This document shows positions 19,591 through 28,535 of a stretch of 64,000 nt of DNA, piece after piece (positions within the stretch are counted from its first letter, which is position 1; every line of letters begins with the position of its first letter). Source of the stretch: a virus (taxonomy: Duplodnaviria; Caudoviricetes); the IMG/VR virus record IMGVR_UViG_3300044675_007236, one strand, 5' to 3'. Made by a program: the position numbers and the translations under genes. The notes under the pieces were generated by a model. The model made no database searches and was not told the origin of the DNA. It was given only the letters and a program-made list of their open reading frames with translations.

Positions 19591-20479
19591 CGTCAAAGTC
19601 CTCAAGCTCGGAGTTATCGTCCAGTTCGGCCCAGTTTTCAGTTACCTCTTTTTCGATTTCCGGTTCTGTTTGTTTTTCTTCCGGCTTCATGGTGATCTTA
19701 AAATATGGGGAGTTTTGATACCAGTCAACAGGAACCGGTTCTTTTGACCCCATAAGACCTATTGCCGTAGTCCAGCTGTGCGACAACATCTGTTGCCAAG
19801 CTGTAGGTGTAATAAGATACGTGCCATCGCCGTGTGAGTTCATTGCACGCAAATCACCGTCACGCGTGTAACCTAGAATGCACATAGCATGCCCGCCTCT
19901 ACCGGGAATGAACCTCCGTATCACGCGATTAGACGGAATGGTCGAATTACCGTAAGCTATACCAAAATTGATAGCACCTCCACCACCGATAAAATTCAAC
20001 GTTTCTTCGTGATCTCTAGTACACTGCCACGCAGACAAGGCTTTATAAGGTGCGCCTGCCTTATAGTTGGCTTCACTCAAAATCTTGTTGCGAGCGTCGC
20101 GGCCTGGATACGAAGTTGGATAACCAGTCATGCTTTCAGGCGGACAACCAGTTTCCAAGGCTAGTTTAGCTCCGCCGGATATCGTTGAACCGTTATCGGA
20201 CCCAAGCAGCCCGTCGATTCTTTGCGTAGCTAGGTAGGCAAATATACGAGATAACTGCACCTTTATGCCGGTAACAAGAGCACAACGCTCAAGCACAGAC
20301 GAAAGTGAATTGCCCTGGCAACTTCCAATTTGCAGTTGATTTTCGTCGCGGTGCCAATCTAGCGTAACCTCTGCAGGACGGCTGAAAACTCGCCAGGCAG
20401 CGTTATGCATTGGAAGAATAGGAAGCGATTTTAGAAAATTTCGGTCTTCTCGTTCGTAGTTGTAACTGTTACCTAGCAT
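19574..20479 (-). CDS. papain-like (C1-family) cysteine peptidase
   Basis: NQLQIGSCQGN (oxyanion Q, catalytic C), GGHAMCILGY (H), MNSHG (N); likely start 20479 (TAATG overlap). Confidence 0.85.
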   Translation of the reverse strand: MLGNSYNYEREDRNFLKSLPILPMHNAAWRVFSRPAEVTLDWHRDENQLQIGSCQGNSLSSVLERCALVTGIKVQLSRIFAYLATQRIDGLLGSDNGSTISGGAKLALETGCPPESMTGYPTSYPGRDARNKILSEANYKAGAPYKALSAWQCTRDHEETLNFIGGGGAINFGIAYGNSTIPSNRVIRRFIPGRGGHAMCILGYTRDGDLRAMNSHGDGTYLITPTAWQQMLSHSWTTAIGLMGSKEPVPVDWYQNSPYFKITMKPEEKQTEPEIEKEVTENWAELDDNSELEDFDDEIAE

Positions 20480-20865
20480 TATTTCGTGTAACTCCTCAGC
20501 AAGGATTCGTGAGCTTCTTTCGACCAACCGCCTTTCGTCTTAAAATACTCAGCCTCAGACTTTGCTAGCTTTTCAAAAGCTAATTTTCTAGCTGGTTCCT
20601 GCCCGGCTGCTTGAAACTCCCACGCCGCCTTTTCTGTGTCGAGCTCACCGGAAGCGAGCTTGTCCGCAGTAGTAATCTGGTGAACACGCCATAGCTGTTC
20701 ATATGTTTTGAAAGCGTCGGCGGCTAAATCTGCTTTTAGTTGCGAGGACCTAGTTGTAAACCAATTTGTCGGAACTAAAAGAAAAACGCCCAGCAAACCG
20801 CAGATCAAAAGAGACCACGGAAAGCCAGGCGTAGCTTTGTTATCTGCTGTCCATGCAGTTGACAT
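20479..20865 (-). CDS. N-terminally membrane-anchored protein
   Basis: PWSLLICGLLGVFLLVP TM helix then a helical soluble domain; GAGG SD. Confidence 0.7.
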   Translation of the reverse strand: MSTAWTADNKATPGFPWSLLICGLLGVFLLVPTNWFTTRSSQLKADLAADAFKTYEQLWRVHQITTADKLASGELDTEKAAWEFQAAGQEPARKLAFEKLAKSEAEYFKTKGGWSKEAHESLLRSYTK

Positions 20866-20876
20866 TAAAAATACCT

Positions 20877-21221
20877 CTATTGTTTGTTGTGATTGGCCAA
20901 CTTGGCTTCCGCAATAGCAACCTCTGCTTCAGTCAGTTCAGACTTCGCATAATTCCACCATACCTCGGGGCCAGCGTTAGGTGCTGTTTTTTCGATTATC
21001 TGAAGATGTTCGGCAAAGCCAACTGGTGGCGGAGCGTCGCTGCTACGCCCGGATTCTTTTCGTTTGTGTTCGTCGGCAGGTAAGTTTGCTGCCATCAATC
21101 TACTTTTCGGCATCAAGTATCGGTAGCCGTTAAAACCAGCAAAACTAAGCAAACTGACAGCTGCAAGTCCTTTCACGGCATTAACGATAGTTTCCATGTC
21201 CAGTGTAAGTTCGGCTAACAT
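20877..21221 (-). CDS. small membrane protein (holin-like candidate)
   Basis: ATG at 21221 with AAGGA SD; GLAAVSLLSFAGFNGYRYL hydrophobic segment. Confidence 0.6.
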   Translation of the reverse strand: MLAELTLDMETIVNAVKGLAAVSLLSFAGFNGYRYLMPKSRLMAANLPADEHKRKESGRSSDAPPPVGFAEHLQIIEKTAPNAGPEVWWNYAKSELTEAEVAIAEAKLANHNKQ

Positions 21222-21231
21222 AGTATTCCTT

Positions 21232-22155
21232 TCAATTGGTAACAATTAACTTTTGACCTGGCTTCAATTTAACTTTTATCGTGTCCTTGGTTTGGCTTAC
21301 GTTAGACACTAACTTTGCCGGGTTTTGGTTTAAACCGTAAAGCTTTTGGATTCTAGGAATGTCGTCAACTGGCTGCGGGGTAGCCACAAACGGGTTGTAG
21401 TAAGGAGCCATCAACGCTTGCTTTTTGTCGGAATGTGCCAACCCCAACAAGTGACCAAACTCATGACACGCTACGTTTGATAACAGTATACCTCGTTCTC
21501 CTTTGTTCGCCACCCACGTTTCGTCTAAATCAAATCGCATCAAAAGCTTTTCGTTTTTGCCTCTAGGCATGTAAGCCCAGGCCAAGGTGCCGCCTTTACC
21601 GTCGAATTGATGCGTGACACCTTTACCTGTAGTGATAACGATATCGGCAAGTTTAGCATCTTTAGCCTCAGTGATGTTTAAACCGCAAGCATCATCCCAA
21701 GCCTTAAAAGCTTCTTGGAAAATACGTTTTTGTTCAGTTTTTGAAACTTTGCCTGTCACGTAATTGGCAATAGTATACGTAAGTCCAGTTTTGTTCCACC
21801 TGTCACGTTTTTCAGCTACAACCTCAGCTGCGCGTAAAAATTCAACGTGTTTCTCGTTAGACTTGTCCAATTTGTCAGGGCACCCGCATCTAGGCGTATG
21901 CATAGCCTTAAGCGTCTCCTCGGTCAGCACGCCGTCAGCTTTTATGCCGAAATAACGTTGAAAAAGCTTAATTCCAGCGTGAATGTCGTCTACGCTTATA
22001 TTTTTCAGCAGTTCAACGGTCAAGTAGCCAAAAAACACAAGATAGTCAGTGGCAAACGTGATTGCTTGCGGTGTTTGCTTGTTTTTCGTTGCAGCTAGGT
22101 TGGATTTTGCAAGAATACGTACAACTTCGGCTTTACCACTTGTTTTCTTTGGCAT
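21232..22155 (-). CDS. matrixin / MMP-like zinc metallopeptidase (M10) with prodomain
   Basis: PGBD-like prodomain FQRYFGIKADGVL, cysteine switch PRCGCPD, FDGKGGTLAWAY, HEFGHLLGLAH zinc motif, ALMAP Met-turn. Confidence 0.92.
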   Translation of the reverse strand: MPKKTSGKAEVVRILAKSNLAATKNKQTPQAITFATDYLVFFGYLTVELLKNISVDDIHAGIKLFQRYFGIKADGVLTEETLKAMHTPRCGCPDKLDKSNEKHVEFLRAAEVVAEKRDRWNKTGLTYTIANYVTGKVSKTEQKRIFQEAFKAWDDACGLNITEAKDAKLADIVITTGKGVTHQFDGKGGTLAWAYMPRGKNEKLLMRFDLDETWVANKGERGILLSNVACHEFGHLLGLAHSDKKQALMAPYYNPFVATPQPVDDIPRIQKLYGLNQNPAKLVSNVSQTKDTIKVKLKPGQKLIVTN

Positions 22156-23823
22156 TTAGGTTGCAACCGGTATGGAAGAAACAATGTTCAGATTCACGTT
22201 TGACGTTTCGGCGAAAAACTGAACTGTCTTAGAAGTTACCATTTTTTCAGGTAGTTCTGGAATTAGCAAGGCGTCATCACTTCTGACGTACTTAATTGTA
22301 CCGTCCGGCATGCGAATTCGACCTAGGATATCAAGTTCAGTTACGTTTAGTCTGCCCTGCAAGAAATTATGAACTGTATCGACAATCGCCGAACCAGGTA
22401 AAACACCTTGGAAATCTATCGCGTTAATTTCATCAATAATCGCTGCACGAATAGGATCTAGCAAGGGGGCTACGTCGTCCGCAGCTTTGTTTATAGTGAG
22501 CGTGACGCTGACAAAACAAGGAACAGGTGCTTTAATCAGAGCGTCAGCTCCGTAATGTCTGATGTCCCGGCTAGAAACTAAATCCTGCAGTTCTTTGATG
22601 TAAGGTACACCGGTTATCTCGTAAATGTAATCGGCAGCCTGGCCTACAGCCAAGTCTGCAACGGGAGTAACCGTGTCTTCGAATCGGACTATAGCGTTTT
22701 GAAAAGCCGTATAAGCCCCTTCTTCAACTGTGGCGATGTCTGGAAGAAAACCAGCTCCGGTTAAATCGATAGACCGAGTATCGGAAACAATGTTAAAACC
22801 TGACACAACAAAAGCAGCATCAGATCTACGAATCTTGTCTATCTCATAAAAACCAGGTAACACTGAAGCGGGTACAGTAAACTGCCACTGGCTTGTACCT
22901 GTAACCGTTGACACGCTAATGCAAGTAGCTGACGCGACAGCCGTTTTCCTTTGTATTGCAGACTGCCCTCTGATATACCAATCAACCCTACCGCCAGTAA
23001 GCGTCGGAAAAATTGTGTGCTTATCTCGCAGCATTTCCGGGTCACCACAACCAACTATAGACTGGTTTGTAATCGAAGCAAATTGCGGCAAGCTCCGAAG
23101 GTAGGCCCGCATGTTTGTTCGGTTAGATAAAGCTTTTGCTGAAATACCCAGCTGCAATTCGTTCAGCAGTTCTTCGTTTGTTTCGGTATTCGTTCCGTCT
23201 TCAAACGAAGAAGTCGCGTAGCTTGTCGCGTAATTGACAATTGACCGATTAGGTACAATCAGGTCGCCTGCGTTGAGTTTGCGGTCAGCACCAATATCCG
23301 CGGCTTCTACTTCAATCGTAAAAGCGTAATTACCGTTGCTAAGCGGTGTTAGCAGTCGGTCGTTTTCGCTTAAAATCTGAGCAGATGCAATACGGCCTAC
23401 AAATGTTGCTGTTGTTAGATATTGAAAACCATTGGCTTCGAAAATACTGTTTTGAGGTATAGTGAGCGGTCTTAGTTCTGAGAGCTCTATGGTAACCGGG
23501 CCAACAGCTTTTGTTCCGGGCTTACGTACAATACCCCAGTTAGAAAGCACCTCGCTGACGACTGTATCATCGGCCAACGTTGGATCTTCCTGAATTTTTT
23601 GAAGGCTTCTGGCGGACTGATAGCGTTCTAAATTGGCACGAATAGCCGCGTCTAATACAGCGTGATAGTAAGCCAATGTATCTTTGAAAACGCCACGACG
23701 TAAATCCAATGCCGGATTAAGCTCTTGTAGCTGCGAGACAAGCCTGTCAAGCGTCTGCTGAACATCTGCGGAGTCAAGTTGAGTGAGATCAGCTATTTCA
23801 AAGTCAGAGTAAGTTAAAGTCAT
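22156..23823 (-). CDS. baseplate wedge protein, Baseplate J / gp6-like
   Basis: RKPGTKAVGPVTI, LTIPQNSIFEANGFQYLTT, EVEAADIGADRKL, GTNTETNEELL, GGRVDWYI motifs of the baseplate J family. Confidence 0.85.
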   Translation of the reverse strand: MTLTYSDFEIADLTQLDSADVQQTLDRLVSQLQELNPALDLRRGVFKDTLAYYHAVLDAAIRANLERYQSARSLQKIQEDPTLADDTVVSEVLSNWGIVRKPGTKAVGPVTIELSELRPLTIPQNSIFEANGFQYLTTATFVGRIASAQILSENDRLLTPLSNGNYAFTIEVEAADIGADRKLNAGDLIVPNRSIVNYATSYATSSFEDGTNTETNEELLNELQLGISAKALSNRTNMRAYLRSLPQFASITNQSIVGCGDPEMLRDKHTIFPTLTGGRVDWYIRGQSAIQRKTAVASATCISVSTVTGTSQWQFTVPASVLPGFYEIDKIRRSDAAFVVSGFNIVSDTRSIDLTGAGFLPDIATVEEGAYTAFQNAIVRFEDTVTPVADLAVGQAADYIYEITGVPYIKELQDLVSSRDIRHYGADALIKAPVPCFVSVTLTINKAADDVAPLLDPIRAAIIDEINAIDFQGVLPGSAIVDTVHNFLQGRLNVTELDILGRIRMPDGTIKYVRSDDALLIPELPEKMVTSKTVQFFAETSNVNLNIVSSIPVAT

Positions 23824-23825
23824 GG

Positions 23826-24311
23826 TTATACTGCTGGTATCCGTAATGGGAATAAAACTTCGCGGGATTCACCGGCTACGCTGTTTAGCTGTATCCTAAG
23901 GTTAACGGTATCACCTATGAAAGATGCCTCTAGCAATTCAGACGAATCATATCTTTCGTCAGCCGGAAAAGACGGGTCATCTTCCAGCCGTAAATTAGTG
24001 CGTAAATCAAGCTCGCTGGAAGCGAAAATTTGAAACAAATCAGCGGATGTTCTAGCTATACCGTGCCTAAGCTGTGTCATGAAAAAGGTGCCACGGTTTA
24101 TGTCGTAGACCAAAGAACCTTTTTCCGTAAGAAGTTCTAGTAGGAATCTCTGGGCTAGTTTAGCTGGTCCTGCAATGAGCGCTCCGCTTAAGCCTTCCTG
24201 CACCAAGGCAGGAACAACCTGTGTGTCACCGGCAGGCTGAGCTCCGTCGTATAACAGAAAATCAACAAGTTTTCCTTTATACTGTTGGATACTACTTGAA
24301 AAGTATTTCAT
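23826..24311 (-). CDS. baseplate wedge protein, gp25/GpW-like
   Basis: KLAQRFLLELLTEKGSLVYDINRGT and the C-terminal beta strands; located just before the J-like gene. Confidence 0.75.
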   Translation of the reverse strand: MKYFSSSIQQYKGKLVDFLLYDGAQPAGDTQVVPALVQEGLSGALIAGPAKLAQRFLLELLTEKGSLVYDINRGTFFMTQLRHGIARTSADLFQIFASSELDLRTNLRLEDDPSFPADERYDSSELLEASFIGDTVNLRIQLNSVAGESREVLFPLRIPAV

Positions 24312-24772
24312 ACAGCACCTCCGTCGCCGGTTGAACCTTGAGCAATCAGTTCTGTAAAGTATCTAATAGGCAATCCCGCAATAACGCCGTTGTCGCTGCC
24401 GTGACCCAGCTCTCGCCCGGCTAAATGTGCGACAGCTCGCGGAAACGTTTGAAATCTAGCGCGATAAGCACGTTCGAGTTGTTGCATGTAATCGATTTGC
24501 GACGGTAGCACAATGAGGTCGGATGAATTACCTATACTCCCGGCTGTCGCCGCTTTTATAAGCGCATCTTCAGCCTTGTCAGAATTAAACAGCTTATGAA
24601 TGTTCTTTAAACCTTCTTGCGTGGTGACGTCCACGTTAATGCTGCCTATCTCTGGTCGCAGCCATTTTATGGGTTTGTTTTGTCGACGAGCCGTAGCTGC
24701 CTGCTTTTTTAGTTGTGCTAATCTAACCAAAACCTTGCTTAGATTAGGGTCTATGAGACTTTGCTGTGGCAT
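24308..24772 (-). CDS. hypothetical protein
   Basis: 154-aa ORF in operon. Confidence 0.75.
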   Translation of the reverse strand: MPQQSLIDPNLSKVLVRLAQLKKQAATARRQNKPIKWLRPEIGSINVDVTTQEGLKNIHKLFNSDKAEDALIKAATAGSIGNSSDLIVLPSQIDYMQQLERAYRARFQTFPRAVAHLAGRELGHGSDNGVIAGLPIRYFTELIAQGSTGDGGAV

Positions 24773-24773
24773 A

Positions 24774-25514
24774 CTATTGCGATATAAAAGGTGATAGGGC
24801 TTGTTCTTGATCTAGCAACTTTTGTATTTTCATTTTACGTTGAGTTATTGCCGCCGGAGTCCTATTCAGTGCTTTTGCGATGTCCAAGTTAGACATTTTT
24901 CGACGGTTATTCATACCCAGCGTCATTTCTAGAATTTGCTGGTCCGTAGGCTCCAGGTCTTGATACACAATTTGTAACCATAGATCCTCAGCTCCCGTGT
25001 CACCAGGAAGCCTACCCGCTATACCGCCAGAGTTGGGGTCAAGGCTCTCGGCCTGACCTGTACTGAAACCCGGCTGATACTTCCGAATCTTAGCAATTCT
25101 AGGGATAGATATTCGCATAAAGTCTGACAATTCTGCATCTGTGGGTTCTCGACCTATTTCGTCAGCAAGTTCTTGTGTTGCCGCTCTTAGCTTCTGACTC
25201 TCGAGTATCACCCGTTCAGGTGCGTTGATGACCTGCCCTTGCTGTCTGGATATTCGTCGCAAACCTTGCATATTAGTTACGATATGCGATCGAAGTCTGG
25301 ACCGCTTTGGATCGTACTTATTGGCAGCTTCCAAAGCCAGAAGCCGAGCCCTGCTGCGTAAAAGCGGGCTGTCGTTACCGTAAGCCTGCAAACCCTGGTT
25401 AATCACCGGGTCTATAGTCTTCAGAAAAGCTGCGTTGCCCTCCGGTGTTTTATTTGCTTGCCAGGTTTCATAAGCTGGCCGAAACTCATCTTCTAAATAA
25501 TCGGTTGGCATCAC
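24774..25514 (-). CDS. sigma70-family RNA polymerase sigma factor (regions 2, 3, 4)
   Basis: LLALEAANKYDPKRS (region 2), ELADEIGREPTDAELSD (region 3), LGMNNRRKMSNLDIAKALNRTPAAITQ (region 4 HTH). Confidence 0.8.
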   Translation of the reverse strand: MMPTDYLEDEFRPAYETWQANKTPEGNAAFLKTIDPVINQGLQAYGNDSPLLRSRARLLALEAANKYDPKRSRLRSHIVTNMQGLRRISRQQGQVINAPERVILESQKLRAATQELADEIGREPTDAELSDFMRISIPRIAKIRKYQPGFSTGQAESLDPNSGGIAGRLPGDTGAEDLWLQIVYQDLEPTDQQILEMTLGMNNRRKMSNLDIAKALNRTPAAITQRKMKIQKLLDQEQALSPFISQ

Positions 25515-25526
25515 GATAGTTTACTT

Positions 25527-27239
25527 CTACTTGTTTAAGGCTTTACGTTCGACTTCGGTAAGCGATTCAAAACCAGGGATAAGCGGAGCGTAATTAAAGT
25601 ATTTTACACCATAAAAAGGGTGCGAAGACATCGAAAAGCGAGATAGTTTGTTTTCTTCGTCTGTTCGTAAGTTAGTTAAATTAAACGATGTTGTCGCACT
25701 TGCTTCTTGTGCGTTTATAGTGACGGTAACGCGATTTACAAAACCGTAAATGTCTGTGGCGAAATCGTCTATACCTGCAGTTTTAGTTGCAGTATCGGCT
25801 TTAATGATAACTGTGCTACCCGGAGCAATGTCAAAACGAAGCTTGCCTGTTATTGTTCCGCCGCGATCCTGTAACGCGTTTGCAGCGTAAATCATTTGAG
25901 CGTATTTGTTAGAAGCATCATTCCAGTTTACAACGTTATCTTCCGCTTTTTCGTCAACTGCTCGATTATTACTACCTACCGCCGTATTTACTACCTGTGT
26001 AAGAAGTTTGTTTACACTTCCGTTACCGTTTACAGCCTTGATATCAAGTATTTCCGTAGCCGACAGCCAGTCTGGAGCAGGGACGAATAACCACATACCA
26101 TCGACTACACCGTCTAAGCTTGCTGTGTAAGTACCGGCAACGCACTGTTTTTCGTTGATAGGTAGTGTACCCATGTGTTGCTCATGCATAACGCCTACGC
26201 CGAAAAGAGGTCGCTGCGATCGAACTGAAAGGTTGATATCAGCAGTGTCTGATGTCCAAATAACGGCCCCGGCTTCTCTTGACATATCAAAAGCAGGTAC
26301 AAGCAACGCCGAATTAGTTTGCGGAACTACAGCTAAGCCTATGTCGGTTATGAGCGATCCAATAAGCGCATGCCACATGCTTGTACCAGCAAAAGATGCG
26401 TTTAGACGGCCACCAATGCTTTTCGCTAAGGCTGTTTTAGAGTCTAAGTCGACCTCAAAAGGATAGTCTCGAATGTACGCCGGTTTAGCCGCGGCTAAGT
26501 TCGAAAAACCCTTCCACTCCAGCACACCGTTTAAAGCCTGCAGAGCTCGAGTATTTGCAAGCAAATTATCAACTAGTTGCGGTGGCGGCGAGCTGTCGCA
26601 CCAGGCCGACGAGGCCTGTAACAAATTGTCTGACGATATTTTTGTTAGTACGTCGAGCAACGCTTTGGACATGTCAAGAGTCATTGCAACCGGCAGACCG
26701 CTAATGTATCGGCTAGCTGCATCCATGTGGGTCTTACCTCCAGCACCTTCGTGCAAGATAGGAAGCATGAGATCGTGCGGCGCACCTGGTACCACATCTC
26801 GACTACCGCAGGAAGACAAAGCTAAATCGATCAAGGTGTTTGCAAAACTGAGCATCAAAGAAATGCTGCCGTTGTTTCTTCGATAAGAAACGCCGCTGAC
26901 ATAGCCGGTAAAAAGGATATGTTCACCAGCTGGAAATTGTTGTTTGGCTGAGCCTAAACCGCCAGTCGACCAGTCGCCTAAGGCACCTACTAGCTTAACA
27001 ACCACAGGTTCCATTTGCTTCAGTTCTTTAGCAACCTCGTAGACCGCAGACGGTTTACCAGTTCGTGCATCTCTACCTAACGGTACAGCAGCAGTTGCCG
27101 TTGGAATAGAGTTTAGAGCGTAATTCATTGAAAAAGTAGCTAAGGGTAATTGAACGCCCGCGACTTCTGCTACGACTTTTCCGCCGCCGCTTTTACCGGA
27201 TAAATCAACGACTGCGAACGTATTGGCTTTACCGCCCAT
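25527..27239 (-). CDS. baseplate hub protein (T4 gp27 / Mu gp44 / VgrG-N-like)
   Basis: 570 aa; HILFTGYVSGVSY near N-terminus, C-terminal GKLRFDIAPGSTVII...GFVNRVTVTIN; follows tape measure. Confidence 0.65.
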   Translation of the reverse strand: MGGKANTFAVVDLSGKSGGGKVVAEVAGVQLPLATFSMNYALNSIPTATAAVPLGRDARTGKPSAVYEVAKELKQMEPVVVKLVGALGDWSTGGLGSAKQQFPAGEHILFTGYVSGVSYRRNNGSISLMLSFANTLIDLALSSCGSRDVVPGAPHDLMLPILHEGAGGKTHMDAASRYISGLPVAMTLDMSKALLDVLTKISSDNLLQASSAWCDSSPPPQLVDNLLANTRALQALNGVLEWKGFSNLAAAKPAYIRDYPFEVDLDSKTALAKSIGGRLNASFAGTSMWHALIGSLITDIGLAVVPQTNSALLVPAFDMSREAGAVIWTSDTADINLSVRSQRPLFGVGVMHEQHMGTLPINEKQCVAGTYTASLDGVVDGMWLFVPAPDWLSATEILDIKAVNGNGSVNKLLTQVVNTAVGSNNRAVDEKAEDNVVNWNDASNKYAQMIYAANALQDRGGTITGKLRFDIAPGSTVIIKADTATKTAGIDDFATDIYGFVNRVTVTINAQEASATTSFNLTNLRTDEENKLSRFSMSSHPFYGVKYFNYAPLIPGFESLTEVERKALNK

Positions 27240-28020
27240 TGCGAGTGTCCTCTGTGCGGTAAATATAGGCCATGACTATTCCACCTAGCCGATAAGCGAA
27301 CTCGGGATGATCTTTCCAACAATTGTAAAACGTCAAATAAGGTTCTGCAGGTGCAACGCCAAAAAGCTGAAGGACGTTATCCTGACCTATACTTCTAAGG
27401 GACGCATCTAGCGTGTGTAAGGCCTGACTAGGTCTGTAGTAGCCTTGAATACGCCAGCTTGAACCTTCGGACAACTCGTTTACTTTGATCGCATAATCCG
27501 AATACGGCAAACTTACTTCTTGACTAAGACCGTTGATAAATGTTAGTTCAGTAGTCGTATTAGCTTCAGGCATGATTGTTCTTTGTACAACCAAATCTCC
27601 ACCAGTCACTGAAACCAGGTAGGAATATTCACATCTTCCCGAAGCATCCGGTTCTATGTCTTTTCCGTTTAGATAGAGTTCAGAGCCAGAGTTTACTTTC
27701 CGCGGACTAATAGCTGGACGAAACAAATTATCAGCTATAAGCTGTCGGCTAAAAGCCTGATAAGTAATTCTTGAGTCAAGGGCTTCCACGTAAGACTGCA
27801 ATTCGGTGGCTCCCACAAGCCTTAAAAGTTGGCTGCTTCTGTAGTTGAGCATCATGCGGTCAGGACTAACACCAAAAAGCCTAGCTCTAACAATCTGCAA
27901 GTAAGTTGGCAACACCACAGGCTTGAAATCTTCCGGGATTAGCTCGTCGCCAGGATAAACTAACTGAGAGCCGCCCACGCCGGATTGGTTAAGAAGTAAA
28001 GTTCTTGCGTGATTATGCAT
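27229..28020 (-). CDS. hypothetical baseplate-region protein
   Basis: 263-aa ORF; TAATG coupling. Confidence 0.7.
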   Translation of the reverse strand: MHNHARTLLLNQSGVGGSQLVYPGDELIPEDFKPVVLPTYLQIVRARLFGVSPDRMMLNYRSSQLLRLVGATELQSYVEALDSRITYQAFSRQLIADNLFRPAISPRKVNSGSELYLNGKDIEPDASGRCEYSYLVSVTGGDLVVQRTIMPEANTTTELTFINGLSQEVSLPYSDYAIKVNELSEGSSWRIQGYYRPSQALHTLDASLRSIGQDNVLQLFGVAPAEPYLTFYNCWKDHPEFAYRLGGIVMAYIYRTEDTRNGR

Positions 28021-28535
28021 TAGAAAACCGAATCGGGTAAAAGAGATATTGTCAGTTGAAAGTTGACTGTTCTATGCACTGGATCTTGTACACTACCTGA
28101 CAGCGATGTTATAAAACCGGCAAAAGCTTTACTTCGACCTATCGTTACAAAAACAGGGTCTTTACGCGCCGATATTCTGTTTTTCTCGTACCAGTTGATC
28201 ATTTCTTCGATACCGTGTTTAAAGTTGCGAAGACCAGGATTGAGCTGCGCGACTGTACCTCCGCTAATAGCACACTTGTCAGCAAAGCTGATACCATCTA
28301 TAACAACTTGACCCATGCGGTCGCCAAATACGTACATGTAAACGTCGTTAGCTATCGTATGCAGAAACTGGAAGTTACCACCAGCAGAAACACCTACACG
28401 TGTAAAAATACTGTTGTGCACCTGATAATTAACTCGAGTATTACCTACAAGCGATACCAGTGATAGTGAGCCAGCCGCCACAGCGTCATTGATTGCAGCA
28501 ACTCTTCCAGTGTTTTGTGCGAATATTAACGGCAT
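28020..28535 (-). CDS. tube-like baseplate protein (tail tube initiator candidate)
   Basis: NFQFLHTIANDVYMYVFGDRMGQVVIDG...GFITSLSGS...VNFQLTISLL tube-fold pattern; directly after tape measure. Confidence 0.55.
   Translation of the reverse strand: MPLIFAQNTGRVAAINDAVAAGSLSLVSLVGNTRVNYQVHNSIFTRVGVSAGGNFQFLHTIANDVYMYVFGDRMGQVVIDGISFADKCAISGGTVAQLNPGLRNFKHGIEEMINWYEKNRISARKDPVFVTIGRSKAFAGFITSLSGSVQDPVHRTVNFQLTISLLPDSVF

Noticed and set aside
21232-22155. Treating the PGBD-like N-terminus of the MMP as proof of an endolysin
   Set aside because: Ordinary MMP prodomains have this fold, so it does not demonstrate peptidoglycan targeting
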